A DNA stretch of 64,000 nucleotides from a virus. The position numbers were made by a program, and so were the translations under genes. A model generated the notes under the pieces. It was not told where the DNA came from, ran no database searches, and saw nothing but the letters and a program-made list of their open reading frames with translations. The DNA lies in the IMG/VR virus record IMGVR_UViG_3300049893_001204, positions 1 through 64,000 of that record; one strand, given 5' to 3'. This document shows, piece after piece, positions 1 through 9,815 of the stretch (the first letter of the stretch is position 1; the number at the start of each line of letters is the position of its first letter).

Positions 1-482
1 GGCGGTGATGCCAAGCCTGAGTAGGCCGCTGCATACCGGAGGCTGTTGACGCCTGGTGAGGTGTCATTAACAGCTTGCTCCGTCAGAGCGCCATCGTTCT
101 CAAGCAGAACTTCGGTATCGGGGATCGCCGTATTTGCGCCAGCGGTTACTGTTGCCGCTGACGCATACATCACCGTTGCGTTGTTGGTCCGGTTGACCGT
201 GATGGTCTGGTTGCCGGTACCAAGACCAGAGCCAAGGAAGAACGTGTCTGTTCTGCCTGGCTCACCCGCCGTGTCGATTGCTGCGGCGCCTGCAATACGG
301 GTTAGCGTCAACCCGCCATAGGTGACGCTAGTTACCGTATCGGTTGCGCTGATCGTGTGAACAAAGACCACCACACCCTGGGGCGTGCCGGTCTGTGTAT
401 GCGTCCAGCTGAAAGCTGCTTGGTTGGTTGAGCCTGTTGTCCCTGTATGGGACTCCGAGGCAGCACTATGGGCAACAGCCAT
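1..482 (-). CDS. Tail fibre/virion structural protein (runs off the window start)
   Basis: Not in the ORF track. ATG at 482 with GGAGG upstream reads MAVAHSAASESHTGTTGSTNQAAFSWTHTQ... and stays open to position 1. T/G/A-rich beta-type composition. Confidence 0.6.
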   Translation of the reverse strand, partial: MAVAHSAASESHTGTTGSTNQAAFSWTHTQTGTPQGVVVFVHTISATDTVTSVTYGGLTLTRIAGAAAIDTAGEPGRTDTFFLGSGLGTGNQTITVNRTNNATVMYASAATVTAGANTAIPDTEVLLENDGALTEQAVNDTSPGVNSLRYAAAYSGLASP

Positions 483-504
483 TGTCCTGCCTCCGCGTCA
501 GTTA

Positions 505-924
505 TCAGGCCAGAGTCAGGATGCCAGCAGCGTCCCAGGTGATCGTGAAGGTCTCGCCGTTCAGTAGGTCAACAGCGGCACCGTAGTCATACCAGCCGAT
601 TAGTTCGCCGCTTGCTGCAGTTGCGTTGTAGAGCACCACGTAGCGGAATTGAGGCACAGTGCCAGTAGCGGTAAGCACCAAGTCGTTGGCATCAAGCTTG
701 TAGGTGCCGCTCGTTTGCGCGGAAGTCACACCAGTCAGGTTGCGACCAGTGGTGGTGCCGTTCTGGATATTGGTGTAGGCAATTTGGGTGATGTTTGCAA
801 TCACCGTGTTGGTGTTAACGGGCACAGTGTTAGTCAGTGCTACCGTCAGCGTGTCAGAGCCGAGGTTATGAGTCTTCTCGGCAAGCGCTTCAACGAAAGA
901 GTTGAACTTATTAAAGGTTGCCAT
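505..924 (-). CDS. Virion structural/tail-associated protein
   Basis: 139 aa Thr-rich beta protein (LIGWYDYG...GETFTITW) of a type common next to phage tail fibres. Confidence 0.6.
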   Translation of the reverse strand: MATFNKFNSFVEALAEKTHNLGSDTLTVALTNTVPVNTNTVIANITQIAYTNIQNGTTTGRNLTGVTSAQTSGTYKLDANDLVLTATGTVPQFRYVVLYNATAASGELIGWYDYGAAVDLLNGETFTITWDAAGILTLA

Positions 925-954
925 AGCTGTAGCTTACTTACCTATATCTTAGCG

Positions 955-2880
955 TCAAAATGCAATGGATACATTAAATTCGTCTACGGTTCCACTGACA
1001 TTAGTAATCTTAAGCCAGATATAATATCCGGAAGCAATCGGTTGGTTTTGAATTGCAGCCGAATCTCCCGTAGTTGAATTAGTTACTGTATCTGGAGCCA
1101 TGGCTAAAGTACCTGATGTACTCCGATCGCTAGCATAGCGTATTTCATAAGTAACACTAGGTGTTGAGCTCCCCTGCACTATTCCAATTACAGAAGAAAA
1201 CGTAATCTCTCTATCTGTTCTAAAAAGCGTAAAGCCATCACCAGTTTGTGGTGCAGCAATAGTAATGCTACGTGGAGAAGCATTTGGTAGCGTAATAGGT
1301 TGCCAGCGCTGAAAAGCTTCTGTCCAACCCAAGTATTGAAGATTAGAAGCACCTAGCCCAACATCAACATCATGACAGTCAGCAATGTTGCGACCCGTTT
1401 CAGCCCTTACAAAAAGAATGCCATTTGTAGGATGTGACTTAATAACAGCAGCAGCGGCAATCTTTAGATTTGGGGCTTCTGGTTCTGTTAATTGAAATTC
1501 ACCAGGATTTGTTGGGCTTAACCAAAGGACCGAATCTTCGGGAAAAGCACTCGTATCAACATTACGTACCTTGCCTAATGTTGTGACATACCCTACAGCA
1601 CCGATTGCAATAGGCTCTGTAGCCACGCCAAAAAATACATAGCCAGGCAAAGTGCCATCGGCTATCATGTGGGCTATTTCTATGTATCCAGTAGTTGAAT
1701 CTGCCCCCATGAACATGACGGCTTCACCATCCAGGATATTGTCAGCTGAGGTATTTTTACATTTGAACGATATTTCTTGACCCAGTTGATACGTTACACC
1801 TGGAGTTCCAAGGCGCACGGTTCCTTCTGTGGGATCCCAACTAAGCTCACCAGAACTTGGTGCTAAGTCTAAAGTTGTATTGATTGCCAGCTTGCTAACC
1901 GTTGGGGTTGCAGTCCAGACAGTTGTGTAGTCAGGACCGGCACCACGTGTTAACAGATCATTTACGTTACCTCCTGATGCAACTCCAGGGCCTACTGCAC
2001 CTGTGGCACCAGTAACACCAATAGGGCCTGTAGCACCTGTTACGCCAATAGGACCGGTAACTCCAGTTGCACCAGTAACACCAACGGGACCTGTAGCACC
2101 TGTTACACCAATGGGGCCTGTTTCACCAATTAGCCCAGTTGGACCTACTGCACCTGTGGCACCAGTAACACCTGTCGCGCCCGTAATGCCAATAGGACCT
2201 GTAGCCCCTGTAACACCAATAGGACCGATAGGGCCTGTGGGGCCAGTGACACCGATTGGTCCTGTTGGGCCAATGGCACCTGTGGCACCTACACCACCTG
2301 TATTACCAAGTGGTCCAGTGGCTCCTGTTACGCCAATAGGGCCTGTAGCACCAGTGACACCTGTTAAACCCTGTGGGCCTGTAGGTCCTTGAGTACCTGT
2401 TGGTCCTTGTACGCCAGTAGGACCTGTAACACCAATAGGACCTGTAGGACCCGTGGCACCTGTAGGGCCGCCAGCTGGGCCTGTAGGACCCGTAGGTCCA
2501 ATCATTGTATAAACTTTTTCTAAACCATTTGCTGCATATACTTTCCAGGTTCCATCCTGAACAAGACTCAGCTCTTCTTCTGTTGCTAAGTCACCTTGCC
2601 AAATTGTAGATACTGTTGTCCCATTATCATGATTAACTGTCAGTGTATTGGTACCAAGCCCTTCATTCTTCAGGTAAAGAGTACGTACGTTACGTTGTGT
2701 TGTAGTTGCACTAGGACTTGAAACAATAGTAGTTGTTGTTGCCGTAGAAATTAAGGTGTTTGCTCTACCTGGAACAACTTCACCGGCTACGTTATCAACA
2801 TAAGAAGCATGTACCTCAATAGCATCAGCACTGCTGGTAACCAGTAAAATACGATCTGATGTAGAGGTTAATAAAAGCAT
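955..2880 (-). CDS. Collagen-like tail fibre protein
   Basis: Central uninterrupted G-X-Y repeats ([12 protein letters not shown]) flanked by beta-rich domains. Confidence 0.8.
   Translation of the reverse strand: MLLLTSTSDRILLVTSSADAIEVHASYVDNVAGEVVPGRANTLISTATTTTIVSSPSATTTQRNVRTLYLKNEGLGTNTLTVNHDNGTTVSTIWQGDLATEEELSLVQDGTWKVYAANGLEKVYTMIGPTGPTGPAGGPTGATGPTGPIGVTGPTGVQGPTGTQGPTGPQGLTGVTGATGPIGVTGATGPLGNTGGVGATGAIGPTGPIGVTGPTGPIGPIGVTGATGPIGITGATGVTGATGAVGPTGLIGETGPIGVTGATGPVGVTGATGVTGPIGVTGATGPIGVTGATGAVGPGVASGGNVNDLLTRGAGPDYTTVWTATPTVSKLAINTTLDLAPSSGELSWDPTEGTVRLGTPGVTYQLGQEISFKCKNTSADNILDGEAVMFMGADSTTGYIEIAHMIADGTLPGYVFFGVATEPIAIGAVGYVTTLGKVRNVDTSAFPEDSVLWLSPTNPGEFQLTEPEAPNLKIAAAAVIKSHPTNGILFVRAETGRNIADCHDVDVGLGASNLQYLGWTEAFQRWQPITLPNASPRSITIAAPQTGDGFTLFRTDREITFSSVIGIVQGSSTPSVTYEIRYASDRSTSGTLAMAPDTVTNSTTGDSAAIQNQPIASGYYIWLKITNVSGTVDEFNVSIAF
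1990..2500 (-). repeat. Collagen Gly-X-Y coding repeat
   Basis: 9/18-nt periodic repeats encoding [12 protein letters not shown]. Confidence 0.9.
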
Positions 2881-2921
2881 TACCTATATCGACCTGTGTT
2901 TTTCTATTTTACAGCAACTGG

Positions 2922-4559
2922 TTACGCCTGCGGCCGCTCACCGTTGGATGGAACATAGGAATTTCCATCCTTATCATACATAATAAAGCCTTGCATCAAA
3001 ATGAATGTAGATGGGATGTTAAACAATTTCTGCATCATCGGCATCATCATTGGAGATTGACAGTTGTAAGGAGGAACATCCATGTAAGACAAGGCTCTTG
3101 TTGTTAATGCTGATTGCCTTTCAACCTCTGTTTCTGCCTTTAACACAAGTTTCTGTTCCCATTCCACCATGCTTTCTTGTCCCATTGGGAAATCAGAAGG
3201 TTCAGGTGGGAACACATCTTCTCTAAACTTCATTGCATAGATGTGCTTGCAGTAACGCATCTCATCCAACAACGGAGCCCAATAGTCGTCAATACTTGTT
3301 ATCTCTCCTTCACTAGAAGTGTAGTCTTCATAAATAGGCATACCATCTGCCCTGGCACCAGGTAGAGAGGGGTCTGTACTAGACCGTAAATACATGGCAC
3401 CAAAATCTCTAAATACACCAGGATTATCTCGTGTGGTCCCAGGTACTGTAGAGGAGTTAGGAGTAATGGTAGGAGGAACGTTGTATTCAGGGGAAGGTGA
3501 CACAATCGTCATGTTTCTATTTGTGTTCCCCGGTGTCATTGCACTGTTGTCTACGTTATTCAAGCGATCTTTCATAATTTCGTAACGACCAGGCTTAAGA
3601 GAAGCAAGGCTGGTACGAGGAAATTTACGCTTGATACTATCTGTTAATGTTGTCATGTATGAATATTCTCTACGGCTAAAGTCTTGACAGGAGCAACAAT
3701 AACGTGTTCCAGTCATTAAGAACCTTCCAATAGAAGGTGGTCTTGTCGCAGGAGTTACTAGCGTAAGATCCGGTGTTGCTTCAACAGAACCTGCTTTGCG
3801 CAGTTTTAGTATGCCTGTAGAAGGATACGTTTCAACTAAAACTGCTTGAACGTAGCCATATCTTTTTTGTGTTTGTGGATCAATTGTATCGCGTGTTACA
3901 GGAACACCTCCTACAGTTAAGATTCGATCTTCTAGCACCTCACCATTGATTGCCTTGATTCCACCTGGAATACCCGGTACAGGCACATAAAGAGGAGGAG
4001 GTAAAGGAGTTGTTTCACTCCATCCACCAGCCAATTGCACATACCAATAATCAGCATCTTCTGTTACAGATTCAATAGATGCTGGTACTGTTGCAGAATG
4101 TGTTTCTTCATCAAAGAAAAGACCAGGGTTTTCGTAGTCTTCAAACTCTGAATCAGGCCAGTATTCTGTATCTAAGATTTTTGTATTGCGTATGTTATCT
4201 AAACGTAGACTGCCAGCTACACGAGTGCCTGCCCAATGCATGCCAAACTCTTTACAGGATGTAGGAAAGCCTTGGAAGAGTCCAGGAATTGTTGGGTAAT
4301 TACCTGTTATTGGCTGAACACCTGGTGGAAGTGGAATACGATAAGAAAAAGAGTATTCATAGTTGTTGTCCATTAAGGAAGAAACGGCTATCTCAAAGCC
4401 ACGGCGCCATCTTGTCCATGCCGCTTCCCTATTAACTGAATACAAAGAATCAGGGACAGAACCCTTGGAAAATTCTGTCGTGATTGGCTTTACAGGCCTT
4501 GGGTCAAATATGGTTGATCTTTGAAAATTACCAAAAGAGCTTCCACTCTTTTTTGCCAT
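2922..4559 (-). CDS. Hypothetical protein with a split SWIM-like zinc finger
   Basis: YCCSCQDF ... YCKHIYA, separated by about 145 aa. Confidence 0.55.
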   Translation of the reverse strand: MAKKSGSSFGNFQRSTIFDPRPVKPITTEFSKGSVPDSLYSVNREAAWTRWRRGFEIAVSSLMDNNYEYSFSYRIPLPPGVQPITGNYPTIPGLFQGFPTSCKEFGMHWAGTRVAGSLRLDNIRNTKILDTEYWPDSEFEDYENPGLFFDEETHSATVPASIESVTEDADYWYVQLAGGWSETTPLPPPLYVPVPGIPGGIKAINGEVLEDRILTVGGVPVTRDTIDPQTQKRYGYVQAVLVETYPSTGILKLRKAGSVEATPDLTLVTPATRPPSIGRFLMTGTRYCCSCQDFSRREYSYMTTLTDSIKRKFPRTSLASLKPGRYEIMKDRLNNVDNSAMTPGNTNRNMTIVSPSPEYNVPPTITPNSSTVPGTTRDNPGVFRDFGAMYLRSSTDPSLPGARADGMPIYEDYTSSEGEITSIDDYWAPLLDEMRYCKHIYAMKFREDVFPPEPSDFPMGQESMVEWEQKLVLKAETEVERQSALTTRALSYMDVPPYNCQSPMMMPMMQKLFNIPSTFILMQGFIMYDKDGNSYVPSNGERPQA

Positions 4560-4561
4560 AA

Positions 4562-5347
4562 TTAGAAGAAACCACCTTGAGCAATTACGTGTGCGCCAGG
4601 GATGTAACCAGAGCTATTAGGACCATCTGGGAACACACCGACATAAATGCGATCACCACGCTCCAGGTAAATCCCTTTGTTGCGTAGAGGAGCAGTAGAG
4701 CCAAGGCCTGTGGTATTACCCCCAGCTGGCATTGGATATGCAAGTTGCGGCATTACATCACTGCAATCAACAGTACCACTGTTGGCGGGAACTGTTTTAG
4801 CAAACAGAAGACGGTAGTCACCAGAACCAGGAATTGGTGTAGTTGTACCACGTGTTTGATAGAAAGCAAAGGTTACAGCTGGCTGGTAGCCGTAAGCAAC
4901 ACCTTTGTAATCAAAACCACTCGCAATGCCACCGGAGTAGTTAAGGGCTGTATTGACGCCTGTGAGGGTGCTAGAGCCTGTGTAGGTGTAGTACCCGTAA
5001 CCGCTGAAAGGAGCGCCTCCACCGGTCAGTACGCCAGTGCTGGAGATGAATACGATCTGACCACTGACCAAGGAGATGGGTGTGCCAGAGGTTGATGCGT
5101 TAACTGTGTAATCAGCTGCACGATAAGCATCATTACGTACGATGGTGATGGAGTCAACAACACCACCAGAGTTTGTGTCTTCGCTTAGGGCAGCATCCAT
5201 GTCAACAAGGATGGATGGTGCCTGACCACCTTGCACAAACAGTGTATTTGTGGATGCACTACCAACTGTTTGTGTAGTGACACGCACCGAATCAAACAGT
5301 GGGCGATCACTAAATACGGGTTGTTTATTCGAGCTTGTCGACGACAC
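4562..5347 (-). CDS. Putative virion structural protein
   Basis: 261 aa S/T/G-rich protein in the late block. Confidence 0.5.
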   Translation of the reverse strand: MSSTSSNKQPVFSDRPLFDSVRVTTQTVGSASTNTLFVQGGQAPSILVDMDAALSEDTNSGGVVDSITIVRNDAYRAADYTVNASTSGTPISLVSGQIVFISSTGVLTGGGAPFSGYGYYTYTGSSTLTGVNTALNYSGGIASGFDYKGVAYGYQPAVTFAFYQTRGTTTPIPGSGDYRLLFAKTVPANSGTVDCSDVMPQLAYPMPAGGNTTGLGSTAPLRNKGIYLERGDRIYVGVFPDGPNSSGYIPGAHVIAQGGFF

Positions 5348-5396
5348 TGTTACCGCTCAATATCTGTTAGTAGAAACATTCTAGTCTAATTTTTTC

Positions 5397-5663
5397 TTAT
5401 TGGCCAGCTTCGGCTAACCTGTTCATTAGTTGATACATGGCCGGAAGTTTAATGTTTTTAGATGCTATTGATTCAGGATTGCTCATCAAGTTTAAAAAGT
5501 TTTGAAAAGCGCCTCCTTTATCCGTTGGTTGGAATTTGAATTTTTTAGCCGTTAAGTATTGACCAGTAAGAAGAGGATTTTTTGCAAAGTATTCTGCATA
5601 ACCAGACCTCTGCACTTCTCCTGGGGTCACATCTGACTCTAAGTAGTCGGCGTAGCGTGCCAT
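5397..5663 (-). CDS. Hypothetical protein
   Basis: ATG overlaps the upstream stop (TAATG). Confidence 0.6.
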   Translation of the reverse strand: MARYADYLESDVTPGEVQRSGYAEYFAKNPLLTGQYLTAKKFKFQPTDKGGAFQNFLNLMSNPESIASKNIKLPAMYQLMNRLAEAGQ

Positions 5664-6406
5664 TAGATTAGTGCAGACAGACCTTGGTTGTTTGTTGCTA
5701 AATCAAATAAGCCCATCCCACGCATACCTCCTTGTTTATCAATCATTTCATTTAAAAGTTGATTTGCCATATCATCTGCAAGTGCTTTTTTAATGCTTGT
5801 TGAACTTACAAGAGAGGACAAGGAAGATCCAGAGGGGGATGCAGGCATACCACCTTCAGATAACTGAGCAACAGAAGGATCTACCCCTGCGTCAAGTTCG
5901 CTACGTGGCCCAGTTCGCTCCCACCACGGTGTTGTAGCTGGGCGAGGTCTTTCATTAAAAAATGTATTTTCCCTTATATCTGGTTTAAGACCAGAACTAC
6001 GCAATTGCGCGGGGGTCATGAATACACGTTGACCATTTTGAATTGTTGGAATTAAGTTATCGGGATAATTAAATAAGTTACCAGTATCTCTTAAATGCTT
6101 TGTTGCTCTGAAGTCGGTAACCCCTCTTAGCTGTTGTCCACGTGTTATTAACTCTTGCAGACCAGCCGGTGTTTGCAATCGCGATCGTAGAGTAGCGCCT
6201 GCTCCACGGGGGATTCCATGCTGTAAAACTTCATATTGACTGGGGTTTAGCCAAGTCTGCCAGTTAGATCCGTAAGAAGAATTGTAATAGCGATTAAGCA
6301 TGGACGCAAGAGAGGAGACTCCGCCTTCCCGCTCAGCAATTGGAATTGCTCGGTTTAAAAACTGTTCAGGAACACCAAGAACACTAAAAAGAGGACGTGG
6401 GGCCAT
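5663..6406 (-). CDS. Putative virion-associated cell-wall hydrolase (SleB/Hydrolase_2-like)
   Basis: E..G...ASMLNR...Y...PSQYE...GVTDF pattern loosely matches SleB-type hydrolases. Confidence 0.4.
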   Translation of the reverse strand: MAPRPLFSVLGVPEQFLNRAIPIAEREGGVSSLASMLNRYYNSSYGSNWQTWLNPSQYEVLQHGIPRGAGATLRSRLQTPAGLQELITRGQQLRGVTDFRATKHLRDTGNLFNYPDNLIPTIQNGQRVFMTPAQLRSSGLKPDIRENTFFNERPRPATTPWWERTGPRSELDAGVDPSVAQLSEGGMPASPSGSSLSSLVSSTSIKKALADDMANQLLNEMIDKQGGMRGMGLFDLATNNQGLSALI

Positions 6407-6444
6407 GGATATTTCTTGTTGTTTGTTAGTTTCAGTTTGTTCGA

Positions 6445-7311
6445 CTAATTGATTAGAGTCCTACCCAATTCGCGCTGGCTCGCAAGGACGGAAGAATAAG
6501 GGTCATCACCAAAACCGCTAAGGGGACTTGTGTCTTGATTACTTGAGAGAAGCAAGCGTGCGATAAGAGCTTTTTTAAAGGCATTAGTCAAATAACTGGG
6601 GTCATCGGCCCCCGTGGATCCTTGAGATCCTTGTCCGACTGGCGCCGGCTCTCCAAAATCCTCTACAGGAATTCCAAAGATTTGTGCTGGCGGTTGGCTT
6701 TGCTGTGCTCCAAGTGGATCAACAGCTGGCTCTTCTATGTTAGTACGTACCCATCTTGAACCATCCCACCTGACTTCATTACCATTTAATTTGGCAAGTT
6801 GTCCTGGATTAGGAGGTAACTTGGTATTGTAAAGCGTGTTAAAACTTTCAGGAGATTGATACCCCCAATTTTCACCAGCCCAGTATTGCCCTTGTTCGTT
6901 CTTTAAACCAATACGATTTCCTCTTGGGCGAATATTAGGATTAGACAAAGAAGCGCGAGCAGCAGCGTCTAAAGTGCCAGGTGCAACTGAGGTTGCGCCT
7001 AAAACAGTAGTAGTTGCAATACGCGGAACCAAGCCTCCAGGTGTACCCATTAACAACTCAATATTTCCCTTAAGAGGACTGCTTTCAGGAATAAAAGAAG
7101 AAATTACACCTCCTGCTAAAATATTGCGAGCATTTAATGGGTTTAAAGGATTGAATAGCTTACCTGCTCTACCCAAGATACTGGTTGGCTGCCTGGTTGC
7201 TAAAGGATTTAGTGCGGTTGGCAATTGTCCAGCGGCGCGTTGCAGCCTAGCTGGGATTCTTTGCCGCGCTTGATCAAGCAATTGTTGCAAGAATTTATCC
7301 ATTAACGACAA
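6445..7311 (-). CDS. Hypothetical (internal virion-type) protein
   Basis: 288 aa ORF in the late block. Confidence 0.55.
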   Translation of the reverse strand: MSLMDKFLQQLLDQARQRIPARLQRAAGQLPTALNPLATRQPTSILGRAGKLFNPLNPLNARNILAGGVISSFIPESSPLKGNIELLMGTPGGLVPRIATTTVLGATSVAPGTLDAAARASLSNPNIRPRGNRIGLKNEQGQYWAGENWGYQSPESFNTLYNTKLPPNPGQLAKLNGNEVRWDGSRWVRTNIEEPAVDPLGAQQSQPPAQIFGIPVEDFGEPAPVGQGSQGSTGADDPSYLTNAFKKALIARLLLSSNQDTSPLSGFGDDPYSSVLASQRELGRTLIN

Positions 7312-7763
7312 ACCTCTCTTAAATAAATGCGTGAACCGACAGCTGTATCGGCGGGTCCAGGTAACGCCTGGATGAATTCAGCACCAGAACGTTCGTAACG
7401 GTATCTAGCCTGGAACGGATCCTTGTAGTTAGGAACATAAAGGATACCGGCTAAACGATTGGTTTCGTAGAGATAAATCTCATCCCAAACCTTTAGCGCT
7501 TCCTTGGCATTACTAGATCTGATCGTACGATCAACGTCACCAGCAATACTTTCAAGGCGGGTAGAAGGTGAAGTAGCAACCTCAGTTTTCTTTTCTGCTG
7601 TATCACAGCGTCCAAGTTGAATAGCAATCTTGTCGTAGAAATAAGAATCTGGGATGGTATTCATTGCTTCTTCCAACCTGGCATAGTCACCAGCTGGAAC
7701 AGAAACCGTGAAGTATCCGAGGTGATATCTCACCCTACTTTTATCAAAATCACTTAACTGCAC
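7302..7763 (-). CDS. Putative head completion/adaptor protein
   Basis: N-terminal D+.RVRYHLG pattern, size and position near the capsid genes. Confidence 0.45.
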   Translation of the reverse strand: MQLSDFDKSRVRYHLGYFTVSVPAGDYARLEEAMNTIPDSYFYDKIAIQLGRCDTAEKKTEVATSPSTRLESIAGDVDRTIRSSNAKEALKVWDEIYLYETNRLAGILYVPNYKDPFQARYRYERSGAEFIQALPGPADTAVGSRIYLREVCR

Positions 7764-7787
7764 TTCCTTAACCCTTTATTGTTTTCA

Positions 7788-8453
7788 TTATAAGTTCTCA
7801 TAATCAAGCATGGGTCCAAAGCCAGGTACTTGTGAATAGATAGAAGAATCAGCCGATTTGTTTTTCTTTTTAAACAAAGCTTGTATCATTAACTCATTCA
7901 TGAAGTCACTTAAGGGATCACGAGGAGCAGGCTCGGGACCAGGTAAGACTGGCGCAGGGGGAGGAGGACCTGCAGCTCCGGCGCTTGCTTGGGAAGGAAG
8001 TGAATTAAGATGTAAAAAACGTAGATTAAAAGGCCTGTTGTCATGTGTTGTACCACTAAAACTTGCTATGTTACCTGCATTTTCAACGTTTGGAATAGCA
8101 GTTATACGTCCTGGGCCAAGGACTCTAAGTGCTGTGTTTTCTTGTAGAGAAAGATCATCGCCACCATGCCATACATTCCTTTGGCCTGTAACAGGATGAG
8201 TACCACGTACACCCATGGTGTCGGTTACGCGAACACCTGGATTAAGACCTAACTCCCCCCTGGGACCCGTAGGAAGGAATAAGCTTTGCCATTCATTTGC
8301 ACCAGGGGGCCTATATTGTATGCGTTGTCCAATGGATCTACCTGATTGAGTTATTGAAAATGGTTTACCATCTACTGTTAACTCAAGATGTAAATGAGGT
8401 CCTGTTACACGACCTGTTCTACCTACCGTTCCAGCATATGTTGCTTGGCTCAT
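7788..8453 (-). CDS. M23 family peptidase, circularly permuted
   Basis: VGRTGRVTGPHLHLE at the N-terminus, followed by HPVTG..WHGGDD and RFLHL. Confidence 0.8.
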   Translation of the reverse strand: MSQATYAGTVGRTGRVTGPHLHLELTVDGKPFSITQSGRSIGQRIQYRPPGANEWQSLFLPTGPRGELGLNPGVRVTDTMGVRGTHPVTGQRNVWHGGDDLSLQENTALRVLGPGRITAIPNVENAGNIASFSGTTHDNRPFNLRFLHLNSLPSQASAGAAGPPPPAPVLPGPEPAPRDPLSDFMNELMIQALFKKKNKSADSSIYSQVPGFGPMLDYENL

Positions 8454-8484
8454 TACAACACATAAATCTATATTTTCAATTCTA

Positions 8485-8519
8485 AAATAAAAACCCCTGG
8501 TTTCCCAGGGGCTTATTTT
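8485..8519 (-). terminator. Intrinsic terminator after the capsid operon
   Basis: On minus: GCCCCTGG-GAAA-CCAGGGGT followed by TTTTATTTT. Confidence 0.8.
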
Positions 8520-8529
8520 GCACTTTAGA

Positions 8530-8940
8530 TTACACTCGGATTAAATCAGCAGCGAGTACGGAATCCCAATCCACTCTTTTGATTTGTTTTAACTGCTCCA
8601 AGCTATTGAACTTTTCACCTGATAAAGACATCTGAAGGTCTTTAATCTCACGAGCAGTTTTAAGACCAATACCTTTGATGTGATCAGAGATCATTTGAGG
8701 TGTGGCCGTATTGACATTTAAACGCGTCTCAGGTGGAAAGGTACGGGGCTCTTCCTTCGCTGCTTTATCTTTTACCTGTAGAGTCTGCACTTTTTTAGTT
8801 GCAGCTTCATCAGGTAGCAGTTCAGTTTTGTAAGCAGTGTAGAGGCGACCGTCTTGATCTTCGACCATGAACCAATCGCCGTTATCCCACTCACTAACGA
8901 CTTTGACACGTGCACCCGTCTTTTTGTGCTGATAAAGCAT
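8530..8940 (-). CDS. Helix-hairpin-helix (ComEA-like) DNA-binding protein
   Basis: LNVNTAT...IKGIGLKTA.EI...F.SLEQL. Confidence 0.75.
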   Translation of the reverse strand: MLYQHKKTGARVKVVSEWDNGDWFMVEDQDGRLYTAYKTELLPDEAATKKVQTLQVKDKAAKEEPRTFPPETRLNVNTATPQMISDHIKGIGLKTAREIKDLQMSLSGEKFNSLEQLKQIKRVDWDSVLAADLIRV

Positions 8941-8976
8941 AAGGACCAGAATTACTCTGGTCCTAGTTTAACCTAA

Positions 8977-9780
8977 TCAGCTAACAGTGCGACCTGTCAG
9001 GTAGCCATCAATATCTTCGTAGCCAGGAGCCACATCAGGTTGGATGTAGCACACTTCGACCACCAGGTAACCGGTCTTACCGGCACTTGCATCACCGCTG
9101 GAGATGTAGAAGCCACCAGACGTTGTAGTGCTGTTAGCTGTCTCCTTGGCATACACCTTGAGAGTGGTAGCAGCAGTGGCGGAGTAGTACACGTTACCGG
9201 CGGTCACACCAGCGGCACCAGAAGCGATGACGAAGGGGTTAGTGCCATAAGCAGCTGCGCCAGCAGCAAAGAAGATTTCACCTGCTTGGCTACCAGAGGT
9301 AGTGGAAGTCAGGTTGGCTTGAATCACGCCTTCACCCACGCCAGAAGCAGCGGTAGGGCTGCCACCATTATCGCGGCCAAAGGAGATGACGTTACCTGTG
9401 GCAGCGTAGATGCCAGATGCAACACGGCCATCGCCCCAGCCAGAAGCAACGGAGACGGTGGTGCGATACACGTAAGCAGGCAGAGTGCTGCTGCCAGAGA
9501 TCACCATGCCAGTGATGTCAGGACGGGTGTCGTCTTGACGATATGGCGAAGGAACAATTACACTGCCACTAGCTTGGGCACCAGCACCAGAGGTGGTTGT
9601 CACAGGGACATAACCACGCTGCTGGAAGTAACGATAGCCAGGAAGTGCAAGGACAGAAGTAGGGCCGCCTTTAGAGCTGTCATTGGTACCGCTATCATCG
9701 GTATCAATGTTTTTGTACCAGCCATTCAGGGGCTCAGCCCAGTTACCTGGGTAGATTTTCTTTGCGGACAAATAGGTCAT
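8977..9780 (-). CDS. Putative capsid decoration/minor capsid protein
   Basis: G/S/T/A-rich, directly after the major capsid gene, with similar codon bias. Confidence 0.55.
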   Translation of the reverse strand: MTYLSAKKIYPGNWAEPLNGWYKNIDTDDSGTNDSSKGGPTSVLALPGYRYFQQRGYVPVTTTSGAGAQASGSVIVPSPYRQDDTRPDITGMVISGSSTLPAYVYRTTVSVASGWGDGRVASGIYAATGNVISFGRDNGGSPTAASGVGEGVIQANLTSTTSGSQAGEIFFAAGAAAYGTNPFVIASGAAGVTAGNVYYSATAATTLKVYAKETANSTTTSGGFYISSGDASAGKTGYLVVEVCYIQPDVAPGYEDIDGYLTGRTVS

Positions 9781-9815
9781 TTATCTTTCCTTTAGAGAGA
9801 TGTATTAGTTAACGA

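Noticed and set aside
2003-2392. Plus-strand PVAPVTP repeat ORF
   Set aside because: Reverse-complement shadow of the collagen repeat.
8530-8940. PsbU
   Set aside because: No signal peptide; the motif fits a generic ComEA-type HhH.
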